The position numbers were made by a program, and so were the translations under genes. A stretch of DNA of 64,000 nucleotides. Origin: Candidatus Woykebacteria bacterium. GTDB taxonomy: Bacteria > Patescibacteriota > Microgenomatia > Woykebacterales > RBG-16-39-9b. Position 1 is the first letter of the stretch. Each line of letters begins with the position of its first letter. The notes under the pieces are model-generated. The model made no database searches. It was not told the DNA's origin and worked only from the letters and a program-made list of their open reading frames with translations. The DNA lies in contig JBBDPN010000001.1 of NCBI GenBank assembly GCA_040876265.1, forward strand, positions 438,208 through 502,207, given 5' to 3'. Below, piece by piece: positions 1-9,137 of this stretch.

Positions 1-1
1 C

Positions 2-1198
2 CAAAAGAATCAAAATATCCTTGAAGCATCTTTTATTTTAATAGAACACATAGGTGAAGATGCATTTTTCAAAGAAATATCGGAGTTATTTCCCGAAAAA
101 AAGGATTTTTTACCAAAAGAAATTAACGAGTTAACATTAAAAGACTTTTTTATAAAAACCTCACACTTAAAAAGTAATTACTTAAGCCCCGGTTTTATGG
201 CGAATCCCCCGGACCGCTTAGATGGATTCCATGATTACGGCATTTGTTGTCGTAAAAAGAGTGATCCTGGTAGGTCTGATGAGAATATGCGTACATATAG
301 TCATGATCGAAGAGCGTTTAAATGGTGGGCTGAGGGAGATTGGATAGTTGCCGATGAGCTTTATAATAATGCTGGTAAAGGGAAATGTGCTAGGTGTGGT
401 AGAGAAATTGAAAAGGTAAGTCCCGATCATATCGGACCGTTAGCTTGCGGTTTTAAGCACATTCCGATATTTGCAGCACTATGCAATTCGTGTAATTCTG
501 CAAAAAACAGAAGGTTTAACTTGCAAGATATTAAGGAACTTCTAAAATATGAAGGTCAAACTGGTTCGTCCGTAGCATCATGGCAGGTAAAGGCATTGTG
601 GGACTCTACAAAGAGCCTTATCAAAGACGATGACGAAGCAAAGGTTCTAGGTAATTTAATGAGGAGTTTACAAGACTACTATCTTAGAGTTCTTCATAGA
701 CTATACGAGAAGGGCATGGCTTTACCATTATCCTACTTGCTTAGTCCTGATAACGCACTTTTCTCCGTAACTTTTGTTGATCTTGACACTGCTACTCTAA
801 AGTATTCCTCGTTTTCAAAAATTCCACTAAATACAAAAGGTAGAAATAGTTTGGCATCACGAGTTATTAGAATTGCATTTGAAGAGTTAGAAAGTTACTC
901 ATCTAAAGAAGTATCCGTTAGAAAGCTAGCAAAGATTTACGAAAATGACTGGAGTAACGATCTTACCTCAATCATTGAAACATCATCAGTATATTCTGAG
1001 GATGATAGAGTTAAAGAGTGGGATCAAGTTATTCGAGTAGATAAAAAATCTAGCATAGAAGACAAGGAGGGAAAAATTACTTTTCTACTTGATGACACTT
1101 ATCAAGAAAGTAGAAGCCATTATGCTAATTTAATAAACATCATCATGTTGCACTTTGATCAAGTGGGTAAGAAAGTTGCTGAATTGTTAATAAACTAA
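2..1198 (+). CDS. Type IIS restriction endonuclease, Alw26I/Eco31I/Esp3I family (5'-truncated by window edge)
   Basis: Frame is open from base 2 into the 197..1198 ORF. It has the family-like LSPGFMANPPDRLDGFH..CCR..D.GRSDENM motif and an HNH/Zn motif CARC..SPDHIGP..CNSCNSAKN. Convergent with two methyltransferase genes. Confidence 0.88.
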   Translation, partial: QKNQNILEASFILIEHIGEDAFFKEISELFPEKKDFLPKEINELTLKDFFIKTSHLKSNYLSPGFMANPPDRLDGFHDYGICCRKKSDPGRSDENMRTYSHDRRAFKWWAEGDWIVADELYNNAGKGKCARCGREIEKVSPDHIGPLACGFKHIPIFAALCNSCNSAKNRRFNLQDIKELLKYEGQTGSSVASWQVKALWDSTKSLIKDDDEAKVLGNLMRSLQDYYLRVLHRLYEKGMALPLSYLLSPDNALFSVTFVDLDTATLKYSSFSKIPLNTKGRNSLASRVIRIAFEELESYSSKEVSVRKLAKIYENDWSNDLTSIIETSSVYSEDDRVKEWDQVIRVDKKSSIEDKEGKITFLLDDTYQESRSHYANLINIIMLHFDQVGKKVAELLIN

Positions 1199-2412
1199 GC
1201 ACCTCTTATTGAGAAAAACTCTTCTACACTTATTTCTCCTCTACACCATGCCGAGTATGTTTTGTCTATCTTTTCTGGATTAGGGTAATATTTGTTTATT
1301 TTATCAACTAAATTTGGTAGATCCCATAACGCTTCAGCTACTGTAATCGGGTATTTTAAAATAGGATTGTTTATATGCTCTCTAGTTTCTCTTCGACCAT
1401 AACACTTATCGAAGAGCGGCTTTGGTGGTAGAGGTAGCTGGTTTCCTTTTTTTGTGGCAATAATAACTACTCTTCTCCTCATTTGAGGTATCCCGTATTG
1501 TTCAGATTGAAGCACGAACGGCTTAGGGTAGTGTATATAGCCTAAATCATCTAATGTTTTAAGAATTCCAGAAAGTACCTCGCCTTTATCCATGCTTAAT
1601 AGTCCTTCAACATTTTCAATCAAGACATTCTCTGGTTCAAGCTTTTGAATCATTTTAAGAAAGTATACAACTAGGGAGTTTCTTTTATCATCTTGTTTTC
1701 TCCAACCAGCATGCGAAAATCCTTGACAAGGGGGCCCACCTGCTAAAAGGCCTAACTTACTTTTTTTAAGTTTAGCTTTAATAGCTTTAATAAGTTCTTC
1801 TTGGACTAACTCATCAGTTATATCTCCAGCGATTAATACTGGTTTTTTTGAATGATTCTTTTCAAATGTAGAAAGAAATGTCTTATCAATTTCTTGAGCT
1901 GCGATACAATCAAGACCAGCCATTTCTAATCCAAGACTTAACCCTCCTGCACCTGCAAACAAATCCACAAACGATTGTTTTTTTAGTGCTTTTCCTACTG
2001 CATAGCCAACTAATGGTGGAACTGCATTTCCTATTTGCTTTCTTACAGACGCTTCTGAACCTAAGAATTCAAAATAATCTGGAAATGATTGTAACCTTGC
2101 AGCTTCTCTTGAGGTTAAAGTTCTATGTTCCCAAGGGTGAATGTTGGTCCCATTCCCAGGTCGATTAAAATATGTTGAAATTGTATATGCGGGTTGATCA
2201 GTGCGAAGCCTTCCGTAATATGTTGTTCTTACAACACCTCTTTGCCTCGACATTTCCCTAATTTGTTCTAATCTTTTTGATGGAATCTCTTCAGATATGT
2301 CCATCCAGTTACCACCTTGTGTTACATATTCAATCATCGCCGAATCAACCACCGATAATTTAGGTAGTAAATGGTTATACAAGATGTCAGGTGTTTGCTT
2401 AGACATACTCAT
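1195..2412 (-). CDS. Circularly permuted C5-cytosine DNA methyltransferase (M2.Eco31I-like)
   Basis: Motifs IX-X (REAARLQSFPD, QIGNAVPP) come before motif I (DLFAGAGG), IV (GGPPCQGFS), VI (ENVEG) and VIII (QMRRRV). Confidence 0.92.
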   Translation of the reverse strand: MSMSKQTPDILYNHLLPKLSVVDSAMIEYVTQGGNWMDISEEIPSKRLEQIREMSRQRGVVRTTYYGRLRTDQPAYTISTYFNRPGNGTNIHPWEHRTLTSREAARLQSFPDYFEFLGSEASVRKQIGNAVPPLVGYAVGKALKKQSFVDLFAGAGGLSLGLEMAGLDCIAAQEIDKTFLSTFEKNHSKKPVLIAGDITDELVQEELIKAIKAKLKKSKLGLLAGGPPCQGFSHAGWRKQDDKRNSLVVYFLKMIQKLEPENVLIENVEGLLSMDKGEVLSGILKTLDDLGYIHYPKPFVLQSEQYGIPQMRRRVVIIATKKGNQLPLPPKPLFDKCYGRRETREHINNPILKYPITVAEALWDLPNLVDKINKYYPNPEKIDKTYSAWCRGEISVEEFFSIRGA

Positions 2413-4408
2413 TGCTGTATTGGTTCAGTAGAACGTTTGCATCTTTAAAACTTAAATCTTTTAGTACAATTTGAAAATCATCATTGCTAAGCTTGTAAGA
2501 CTTGGCTACTAGTATTTCTAGTTTATACAAATCTAACTCATTCCTAGTGGTTAAATATTCTTTGGCAGTTTTAAGAATTAGTTCCTTTAATATAAATGGA
2601 AGCTTTGTGAAATCGACTATGGGCAATTCATCAATTTCATAATTCGCAATGTGGTTATTAGAATTAAATAGTCTAAACCTCCATTCCACAACAAAACTGT
2701 TCAGATAAACACAATACATGAGAAGCCTATCTATTGAATCCTCAGGTATATTATTTTGATCAAGGATTAAATAGTTACATGAGTTAGATATGACGCTATT
2801 TGGAGGTACAAGACAGGCCTCAATTCTTTTATGTTTTTGCATATAGGTGCATTGAGGCAATGCAATTCGCCAATTTGGTATATGTTGTATTTTTTCACTA
2901 TTACCAAGTCTTTGAAAAAAAATATATGAATCGACATAACCATCTTTTCCCGACTGTTCTGGTTCTTTTAGAAGATATTGTTTTATATGATCTCCTCTAA
3001 CCAATCTCACACCTTCTTTTTCTTTTCTAATCAGATCTTTATTGAATGTTAGATCAAATTCTCCTCGTAAATTACTAATATTGCGGTGCTTAGATAAACT
3101 ATCGCTCAAGTGAAGTTTTGTAAGTAAATCTCCTCTGGAGTTGCCATATCGGGGTATACGTAACCAACTTGGACTGAATTGATGTATTTTTTCTATATCT
3201 AAATCATGAACATCTTCTTGTAGATCTTTTATTGAAGAAATGTCTGCTTTAATTTTAATTCCTTTACTTTCCATACCTGCTTTTATCAAAAGTACACTTG
3301 TTGGTTGGTTTACTCCTGGGAACATTCCAGCAGTTTCCTTAAAATTCCATATTTCTTCAAATCCATGACTTTCAAAAATATGTTTTCGAAGGCCTTTTCC
3401 ACTTTTGTCTGATAACCATGATGTTGGAGAAATCGCAACTAAAGTCCCTCCCTTTTTTAACAATCGTATAGAACTACCTATAAATAGGGTGGCATATTCT
3501 GGAGTATCTTTTCCAAGACCAATATCTTGGAATTTCTTTCTGTATTCTTGAGCACTACTAATATGTTCTTTGCGGAATAGCTCTTTCAAACGAGTAGAAT
3601 CATCAGTATTTAATCCAGTTTTTGTCTCAAAGTTAGTTAGATTAGAGGCAATAAATCTAATTCGTCCATAAGGTGGGTTCATAATTATGGCATCTACTTT
3701 ATCAATTTTCAAACTTTGGTTAATGTCAGCTGATATAAAATCCAAGAAATTCATAGTAAGAACATTAACTGTTGTGTTTATTTTTAAATCATCACTAATT
3801 TGATGAAGTAGTTGCTTTGTTATGCTGGATGTAAAAGGATCGACCTCTATAGCAGTTATCTTCTCTATTTTTGGATTTAACACTAACGAAACAGCAAGCA
3901 GTGTCCCTGATCCACATGCTGGATCTAAAATACTTTTTAAATTCAGATCACTTCTTAACATAAGTTTTGACATTTCTATGGCAAGTGATACTGGGGTAAA
4001 GAAGTACCCATATTTTTTTGATGCAGCTAAGTTTTTCTCCTTTTTGTCTGGGTTATGAGGATCTATAAAATCTCTTCCGCTCAACTCTAGTAAGTACCCA
4101 ACTATGCCAATTTTCTCAAAAGGTTGTCTGTCTGATGACAAGACTTCGTTTACTGACCGAATAGTTAAAAACTGAGAGAATGAGAGTTTCTGTAAGCACT
4201 TATCAAAAGTGGATCTCTCTAAAAAGGTTTCTAGCAAGGTGCCTTTAATATCAGCACTTGCTTGAATATCGTTATAATGCAAAAGAAATTCTGGCGCAAG
4301 TAATTTTGCGAAAGTAGACCTAATTAATTTAGCTTCTTTAAGAAGAGACTCGTCAAATTTTTTATCCAAATTGTAATTCAAGTCGTCTTTTTTCATGACA
4401 GTTTTCAA
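2399..4408 (-). CDS. N6-adenine DNA methyltransferase of the Alw26I/Eco31I/Esp3I-type RM system
   Basis: GYFFTP, LDPACGSGTLL (motif I) and MNPPY (motif IV). Overlaps the start of the m5C MTase gene. Confidence 0.88.
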   Translation of the reverse strand: MKTVMKKDDLNYNLDKKFDESLLKEAKLIRSTFAKLLAPEFLLHYNDIQASADIKGTLLETFLERSTFDKCLQKLSFSQFLTIRSVNEVLSSDRQPFEKIGIVGYLLELSGRDFIDPHNPDKKEKNLAASKKYGYFFTPVSLAIEMSKLMLRSDLNLKSILDPACGSGTLLAVSLVLNPKIEKITAIEVDPFTSSITKQLLHQISDDLKINTTVNVLTMNFLDFISADINQSLKIDKVDAIIMNPPYGRIRFIASNLTNFETKTGLNTDDSTRLKELFRKEHISSAQEYRKKFQDIGLGKDTPEYATLFIGSSIRLLKKGGTLVAISPTSWLSDKSGKGLRKHIFESHGFEEIWNFKETAGMFPGVNQPTSVLLIKAGMESKGIKIKADISSIKDLQEDVHDLDIEKIHQFSPSWLRIPRYGNSRGDLLTKLHLSDSLSKHRNISNLRGEFDLTFNKDLIRKEKEGVRLVRGDHIKQYLLKEPEQSGKDGYVDSYIFFQRLGNSEKIQHIPNWRIALPQCTYMQKHKRIEACLVPPNSVISNSCNYLILDQNNIPEDSIDRLLMYCVYLNSFVVEWRFRLFNSNNHIANYEIDELPIVDFTKLPFILKELILKTAKEYLTTRNELDLYKLEILVAKSYKLSNDDFQIVLKDLSFKDANVLLNQYSNEYV

Positions 4409-4457
4409 AACACTTTCTCTATCCTATTAATTATGGCGAAATCTAAACTTAATTGCT

Positions 4458-5078
4458 TCAACCATTTCTAATTAAACCAACAAATTTCCCTTTGACTTCT
4501 ATATCACCGTAATCAAACTGCTTTGGCCAATCTTGAAGATTTGGATTTTCTGCTCTTAATTCAATTTTATCGCCCAAGTTGTAGAATTTCTTTAAAGTGG
4601 CCTTTTCGTTTCCCTCATTTAGCACTGCCACAACTATGTCGCCATCTTGAGCCATATTTTGGTATTTTACGATTATCGTATCCCCATCTCTTATATCTTC
4701 CCCAACCATACTTACACCTTCCACGTTTAATGCGTAGTGTCTGCCAGAACCGGACAAGAGATTTTCTGGAACCTGGATAGTTACGGGATTTTCAATAGGT
4801 TCTATACCAGACCCTGCCGATATCTTGCCGAGCAAAGGTACCTCGCTGAGATTTTCGGATTTGCCAAACACCCCGATACTCCTAACAGGTTTATCCAGTT
4901 TCTTTAGGAACCCTTTCCTTCTAAGTTCTGAAATATGTTTGTGGGCTGTGGAAACGGAATTTATACTGATCTTGTCTCTCACATCTTTTAGCGTGGGAGC
5001 GAAACCCTTCTCAGAGTAGTAGCTTTCTATATATTTTAGGACTTCACGCTGTTTTGGAGTTAACTGGTCTATTGACAT
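4458..5078 (-). CDS. lexA: LexA-family repressor (wHTH + S24 autopeptidase)
   Basis: N-terminal LTPKQREVL..APT..STAHKHISEL; Ala-Gly cleavage site VPLLGKISAG; catalytic Ser (VEGVSM) and Lys (ATLKKF). Confidence 0.9.
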   Translation of the reverse strand: MSIDQLTPKQREVLKYIESYYSEKGFAPTLKDVRDKISINSVSTAHKHISELRRKGFLKKLDKPVRSIGVFGKSENLSEVPLLGKISAGSGIEPIENPVTIQVPENLLSGSGRHYALNVEGVSMVGEDIRDGDTIIVKYQNMAQDGDIVVAVLNEGNEKATLKKFYNLGDKIELRAENPNLQDWPKQFDYGDIEVKGKFVGLIRNG

Positions 5079-5106
5079 GATGTGGCAAGCAATTTATACT
5101 TTATGC

Positions 5107-5147
5107 GAAACTGTTTCTATTATAGGGAGAAACAGTAATATTGTCAA
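5107..5147 (-). promoter_or_regulatory. Consensus sigma70 promoter of lexA overlapped by a perfect inverted repeat (candidate operator)
   Basis: Minus strand reads TTGACA-17 bp-TATAAT. ACTGTTTCT-N9-AGAAACAGT at 5110-5136 brackets the -10 box. Confidence 0.75.
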
Positions 5148-5210
5148 GCTCGGAGGATCCCAACTGATATCCTTCCTATTATATTTTACATCGGTTGAGA
5201 AAGGACAAAC

Positions 5211-5495
5211 ATGTCTGTAAAAATAAGCTGTATAAATAAGGACGACAGGTACAACCCATATGAGGCTATAACTCATGTTGGAGGCAAGAATTCTGACGGT
5301 AGTAGGTGGAAGTTTACCAGACAACAGGCTATACAGGCGATTGAGAACAATGAATATCAGTTTTACGTTGATGTAAATAACGATCCGGTAAAGGTTGTCG
5401 TTGCTACCAGCTCTTATGGTAATAAGTATCTTAAAACGGCAGCGGATGGGGATGTACCTAACAACCTACTTTCATTACCAGAGTGTCCAATTTAA
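5211..5495 (+). CDS. DUF3892 domain protein
   Basis: ISCINK..ITHVGG..W..TRQQAI..I..FYV..KYLKT.ADG...NNLLSLPEC signature; SD GAAAGGA upstream. Confidence 0.8.
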   Translation: MSVKISCINKDDRYNPYEAITHVGGKNSDGSRWKFTRQQAIQAIENNEYQFYVDVNNDPVKVVVATSSYGNKYLKTAADGDVPNNLLSLPECPI

Positions 5496-5509
5496 GGGAG
5501 GTGACATTT

Positions 5510-5824
5510 ATGGATGAACAAAAGGCACTATCACGGGGTAAATACGAAATGAAAAAGGAAGAACTTCGGGAATTGAAGGATTTGCTAAAAACACAAGCCG
5601 AAGAGATATCAGAGAATGTGGAAGCTGCTTCTAATTTTCCGACAGTAGCTTATATAGGAAGAAAGAGTGAGCTGCTCCAGGATGTGTTACTGTTTGGGGC
5701 TAATCCCACAGAAACTCATTTAGATGAATTGAGTAATAAGGTAAATACCTTTGTTGAAGACGTGAAAAAATACCAAGAAATTAATAAAGAGGCACTTTCT
5801 TTTGCAAAGGAAGCTGGAATATAA
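5510..5824 (+). CDS. Hypothetical helical protein
   Basis: ORF 5483..5824; SD GGGAGGTGA before ATG 5510. Confidence 0.65.
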   Translation: MDEQKALSRGKYEMKKEELRELKDLLKTQAEEISENVEAASNFPTVAYIGRKSELLQDVLLFGANPTETHLDELSNKVNTFVEDVKKYQEINKEALSFAKEAGI

Positions 5825-5846
5825 ATAGAAAGGCGGTGAAAAATAA

Positions 5847-6032
5847 ATGGAGTCTTTAATAGAGATAATAATAAGTATAGTTTTAGCATCCTCTATTTCA
5901 ATTTTATTCACTATTAAGTACACACAAAACAAAATCAAAAATGAGATAGGAAAGTTGCAAAACCAGGGAGGACCAAATATAGCTGGGAATGTTATATCAG
6001 GAAATCGACGAGACGGAATATCTGTTAAGTAA
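5847..6032 (+). CDS. Small protein with N-terminal membrane anchor
   Basis: 61 aa with hydrophobic IIISIVLASSISILFTI; purine-rich SD-like AAGGCGGTGA upstream. Confidence 0.55.
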   Translation: MESLIEIIISIVLASSISILFTIKYTQNKIKNEIGKLQNQGGPNIAGNVISGNRRDGISVK

Positions 6033-6093
6033 ATTTTCTTGACAGTTCTAGGCTAGCAAGCTTAAAATCCTCCGTGGACCAAGCCAAGAAAAA

Positions 6094-6502
6094 GTGAACA
6101 TTAGAGTTTTAGGAGGAATCAGAGCTGGAGCTCCTATTTTTGCCCAAGAACAGCATGGTGAAAGCCTGCAAGTTGCTAGGAGCAAATTATCTATAATCCA
6201 TGATGACTTGTTTGCTCTTAAAGTTAGGGGGGACAGCATGATTAGGGAGAATATATTTGATGGGGATTTTGCAATAATTTCCCCCCCCCCAACCTACTAC
6301 CGAGAATGGAGATATTGTAATTGCTCTTTTGGGAGATGAGGCAACACTCAAAAAGTTTCACAAGTTCGATTCGTACATTGCGCTTTTACCCGAAAATCCT
6401 AACTACGATCCTATTATTGTGAAAGAAGACCAAGAATTAATAATACAGGGCAAATTAGTTGCAAAACTTTCTCCATCAGAAATAAAGACAAAGTTTTCTT
6501 GA
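6094..6502 (+). pseudogene. S24 peptidase (LexA C-terminal/UmuD-like, no HTH) frameshifted in a C10 homopolymer
   Basis: First frame: IRVLGGIRAGAP..FALKVRGDSM..IFDGDFAII. After C10 (6281-6290) another frame continues QPTTENGDIVIALLGDEATLKKF..PENPNY..IIQGKLV to TGA 6500-6502. C9 would give one continuous ORF. Confidence 0.8.
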
Positions 6503-6651
6503 CATTTCAAACAATCTGCTATTGTACTTTGTACTCGAATAAGTTATAATTATTATGGCTTTAGCGTTCGCCTTCTAGAAGCGGAGTCCATTGCAGCCAA
6601 TTTATCATTATTTTGATAAACGGCTGTTTTTGTCGTTTTAAGGAGGTAAAA

Positions 6652-7500
6652 ATGAAGTTTAAATCATATGCAAAGATAATTGATTACTATGATTACGAAA
6701 AGGAACAATTATTAGAGTGTCCGGTGTGCAGTTGGAGAGGAAAAGCCAAAGATGGGAACATGGACTACTCTGATGATTTGTTTGATCTAAGTTGTCCAAA
6801 ATGCAACCAGATGGTACTTGTTGTTTCTTATCCTTTGATGGAAGATGTAAAAAGAGAATATGCAAAGGGTAATCCGAAAGTAGATGAAGTAGATTTTATG
6901 ACAGTAAAGCTAATCGAGCAAACAAGGGAGAATATGAAGCAAAAAATTAAGCTGGCAACATCGTTCGCCTACAAAGTTCATCAAGTCGATCGATTTCAGA
7001 CCAGGAAAGGAAAAGAAGTCCCCTATATTCTCCATCCCCTTTCGGTTGCAAACAGACTTTCGAGAGTTGGTGCTAGTCAGGAAATAATTATGGCGGGGAT
7101 CTTGCACGATACGATCGAAGATAGCACAGAAGAAAATAAAATCAGCAAGGAAGATTTGGTAAGAGAGTTTGGGGAAGTTATTGCCCGTATGGTCAACGAT
7201 GTTACCGAACAAGACAAAAGGTTGCCTTGGGAGGAAAGGAAGACCGCGGCACTCGCTCATATCCCAAATATGCAGCATGATAGTCTTTTGGTCAAAAGCG
7301 CCGATGTTCTCGACAATCTTTCCGATCAGATAGCAGATTACAAAGTTGTCGGAGACAAAATGTTTGAAAATTTCAACGCACCTCTGCCAGAGCAAAAGAA
7401 AATGAACCAAAGAAGAATTGAGGAGATTGAGAAAGCCTGGCCACAAAATCCCATGCTAGCGGAATTAAAAGATTTGCAAGAAAAATTCCAAAAACTTTGA
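6652..7500 (+). CDS. HD-domain small alarmone hydrolase-like protein (RelA/SpoT HD, Mesh1-like) with N-terminal zinc ribbon
   Basis: RKGKEVPYILHPLSVA..AGILHDTIEDS..VTE..KSADVLDN; N-terminal CPVC..CPKC; SD AAGGAGG before ATG 6652. Confidence 0.8.
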   Translation: MKFKSYAKIIDYYDYEKEQLLECPVCSWRGKAKDGNMDYSDDLFDLSCPKCNQMVLVVSYPLMEDVKREYAKGNPKVDEVDFMTVKLIEQTRENMKQKIKLATSFAYKVHQVDRFQTRKGKEVPYILHPLSVANRLSRVGASQEIIMAGILHDTIEDSTEENKISKEDLVREFGEVIARMVNDVTEQDKRLPWEERKTAALAHIPNMQHDSLLVKSADVLDNLSDQIADYKVVGDKMFENFNAPLPEQKKMNQRRIEEIEKAWPQNPMLAELKDLQEKFQKL

Positions 7501-7546
7501 TTTTCTTGACGGGGTGGGATAAAGAGACTAAACTGATTGTACTGCC

Positions 7547-7669
7547 ATGCAAAACGAAAATCTCCTTACCTCTATAATCACTTTCATCAGTTTATACGCT
7601 GTCTTTGTTGTTCGCCGCGAACTCGCCTTTTTTGAAGCTGTCTCTTCTTTTCTCAAACGAAATTCTTGA
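7547..7669 (+). CDS. Small hydrophobic peptide (40 aa, not in ORF track)
   Basis: MQNENLLTSIITFISLYAVFVVRRELAFFEAVSSFLKRNS; preceded by TTGACG-17-TAAACT (7506-7534). Its TGA lies inside the next TTGACA. Confidence 0.45.
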   Translation: MQNENLLTSIITFISLYAVFVVRRELAFFEAVSSFLKRNS

Positions 7670-7700
7670 CAGGTGCGGATATTGATCATATTTTAGAGCC

Positions 7701-8081
7701 ATGGATCTAGACAGAATCCTGCAATTGCTTGAATATCACACCTCTACTTTTTATTGGACTCGTTTTTGGCTCAAGCTAAAATTCCGATTCGAATGTCTAT
7801 TTGCCTTTATCCCTGCAAAGAAAAAACGCGAGAAATTCAATAACTACATAAAGAGACTGGATATTTATCAACAAAAGATAGTGATCAAATATCATATTGA
7901 TATGCATACCAACTGTATTGACAGAATAGAAGCTCTAGGAACGGAGAAGATAGAAGTGGAAGGTGGATACATGACAAATACAGACTATTACGATGCAAAA
8001 AAGGATAAAAAAAGGCTGGAAAGTTACTACGAAGATCTTCCTAAAATCTATCAAAAACACACAAATCAAAAAAAGTGGTAG
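7701..8081 (+). CDS. Hypothetical protein
   Basis: 126-aa ORF; promoter TTGACA-17-TATTTT (7666-7694) ends 6 nt before the ATG. Confidence 0.6.
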   Translation: MDLDRILQLLEYHTSTFYWTRFWLKLKFRFECLFAFIPAKKKREKFNNYIKRLDIYQQKIVIKYHIDMHTNCIDRIEALGTEKIEVEGGYMTNTDYYDAKKDKKRLESYYEDLPKIYQKHTNQKKW

Positions 8082-8153
8082 ATCTTGGATCGAAAAACAC
8101 ACCAAATAAATTTCCTTGACACCTTTCCCAATCAGGCATAAAATTCATCCACT

Positions 8154-9074
8154 ATGCAGATATTTAAATTGAAAGGTTCAGATCTGTCTCCTCTTTCCGA
8201 GAAAAAATTTAACTTGGAAAAAGATATTCAGAGCCTTACTGAAAAAAATTTAGAGACCATTTTTGGCTACGAGTTTGTTTCTACCGAGTTTAATGTAAAT
8301 AATTTCTGGATAGATACTTTAGCTTTTGATCCGGAAAGTAGATCGTTCATCATAATTGAATACAAAAGAGACCAGGGGATGTCTGTAGTAGATCAGGGTT
8401 ATGCGTATCTAGCAGCGATGTTGAATAACAAAGCTGAATTTATCCTCGAATATAATGAAAAACTCAAGAAATCGTTAAATAGGAACGACGTTGATTGGTC
8501 TCAATCAAAAGTAATATTTATCTCTCGTCACTTTACTACTCATCAAAAAGGAGCAATTGAATTTAAGGATTTACCGATTGAGCTGTGGGAGGTTAAAAAG
8601 TTTGAAGAAGATCTCCTCGTCTTTAATCAACTAAAGCCGGCAGAAATAAAGGATTCAATAAAAACAGTTAGTAAAAGTAAGACCGTTAGGGATGTTAGCG
8701 AGGAGGTTAAAAGCTATACTTTGGATGATCATTTAGCAAAAATCGATCAAAATTCAAAAGAAATATTTTTAAATTTGTATAACCAACTTCTTGAAATTGG
8801 AGACGGAATAACAGAAAACGTGACTAGATACTATATTGGTTTTAGGTTTCATGGTACTAACTTTACTTCTATCTCCTACCGCAACGGTACTGTCATTCTC
8901 AATTTTAGAACAAAAGTTAAGCCAAGTACGCAGTTAAAAATAGAAAAACTACCTGAAACAGCCTGGGATACCACACCATTGTGGAAAACTACGATTAAAA
9001 GCACCTCTGAAATCCCAGCAGCTTTAGAAATAGCAAAACACGCTTATAAAGACTACGAATCAAGGTTCAAATAA
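8154..9074 (+). CDS. NucS/DUF91-like PD-(D/E)XK nuclease with C-terminal DUF5655-like domain
   Basis: EKDIQSL..IDTLAFD..IIIEYKR..VVDQGYAY; C-terminal YTLDDHL..TRYYIGF; promoter TTGACA-17-TAAAAT (8116-8144). Confidence 0.7.
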   Translation: MQIFKLKGSDLSPLSEKKFNLEKDIQSLTEKNLETIFGYEFVSTEFNVNNFWIDTLAFDPESRSFIIIEYKRDQGMSVVDQGYAYLAAMLNNKAEFILEYNEKLKKSLNRNDVDWSQSKVIFISRHFTTHQKGAIEFKDLPIELWEVKKFEEDLLVFNQLKPAEIKDSIKTVSKSKTVRDVSEEVKSYTLDDHLAKIDQNSKEIFLNLYNQLLEIGDGITENVTRYYIGFRFHGTNFTSISYRNGTVILNFRTKVKPSTQLKIEKLPETAWDTTPLWKTTIKSTSEIPAALEIAKHAYKDYESRFK

Positions 9075-9137
9075 TACTTCCCTTGACACTTCAGGATCTT
9101 GATCGTAAACTTTTCTTATTGTCTGGAGGTGATGGAA

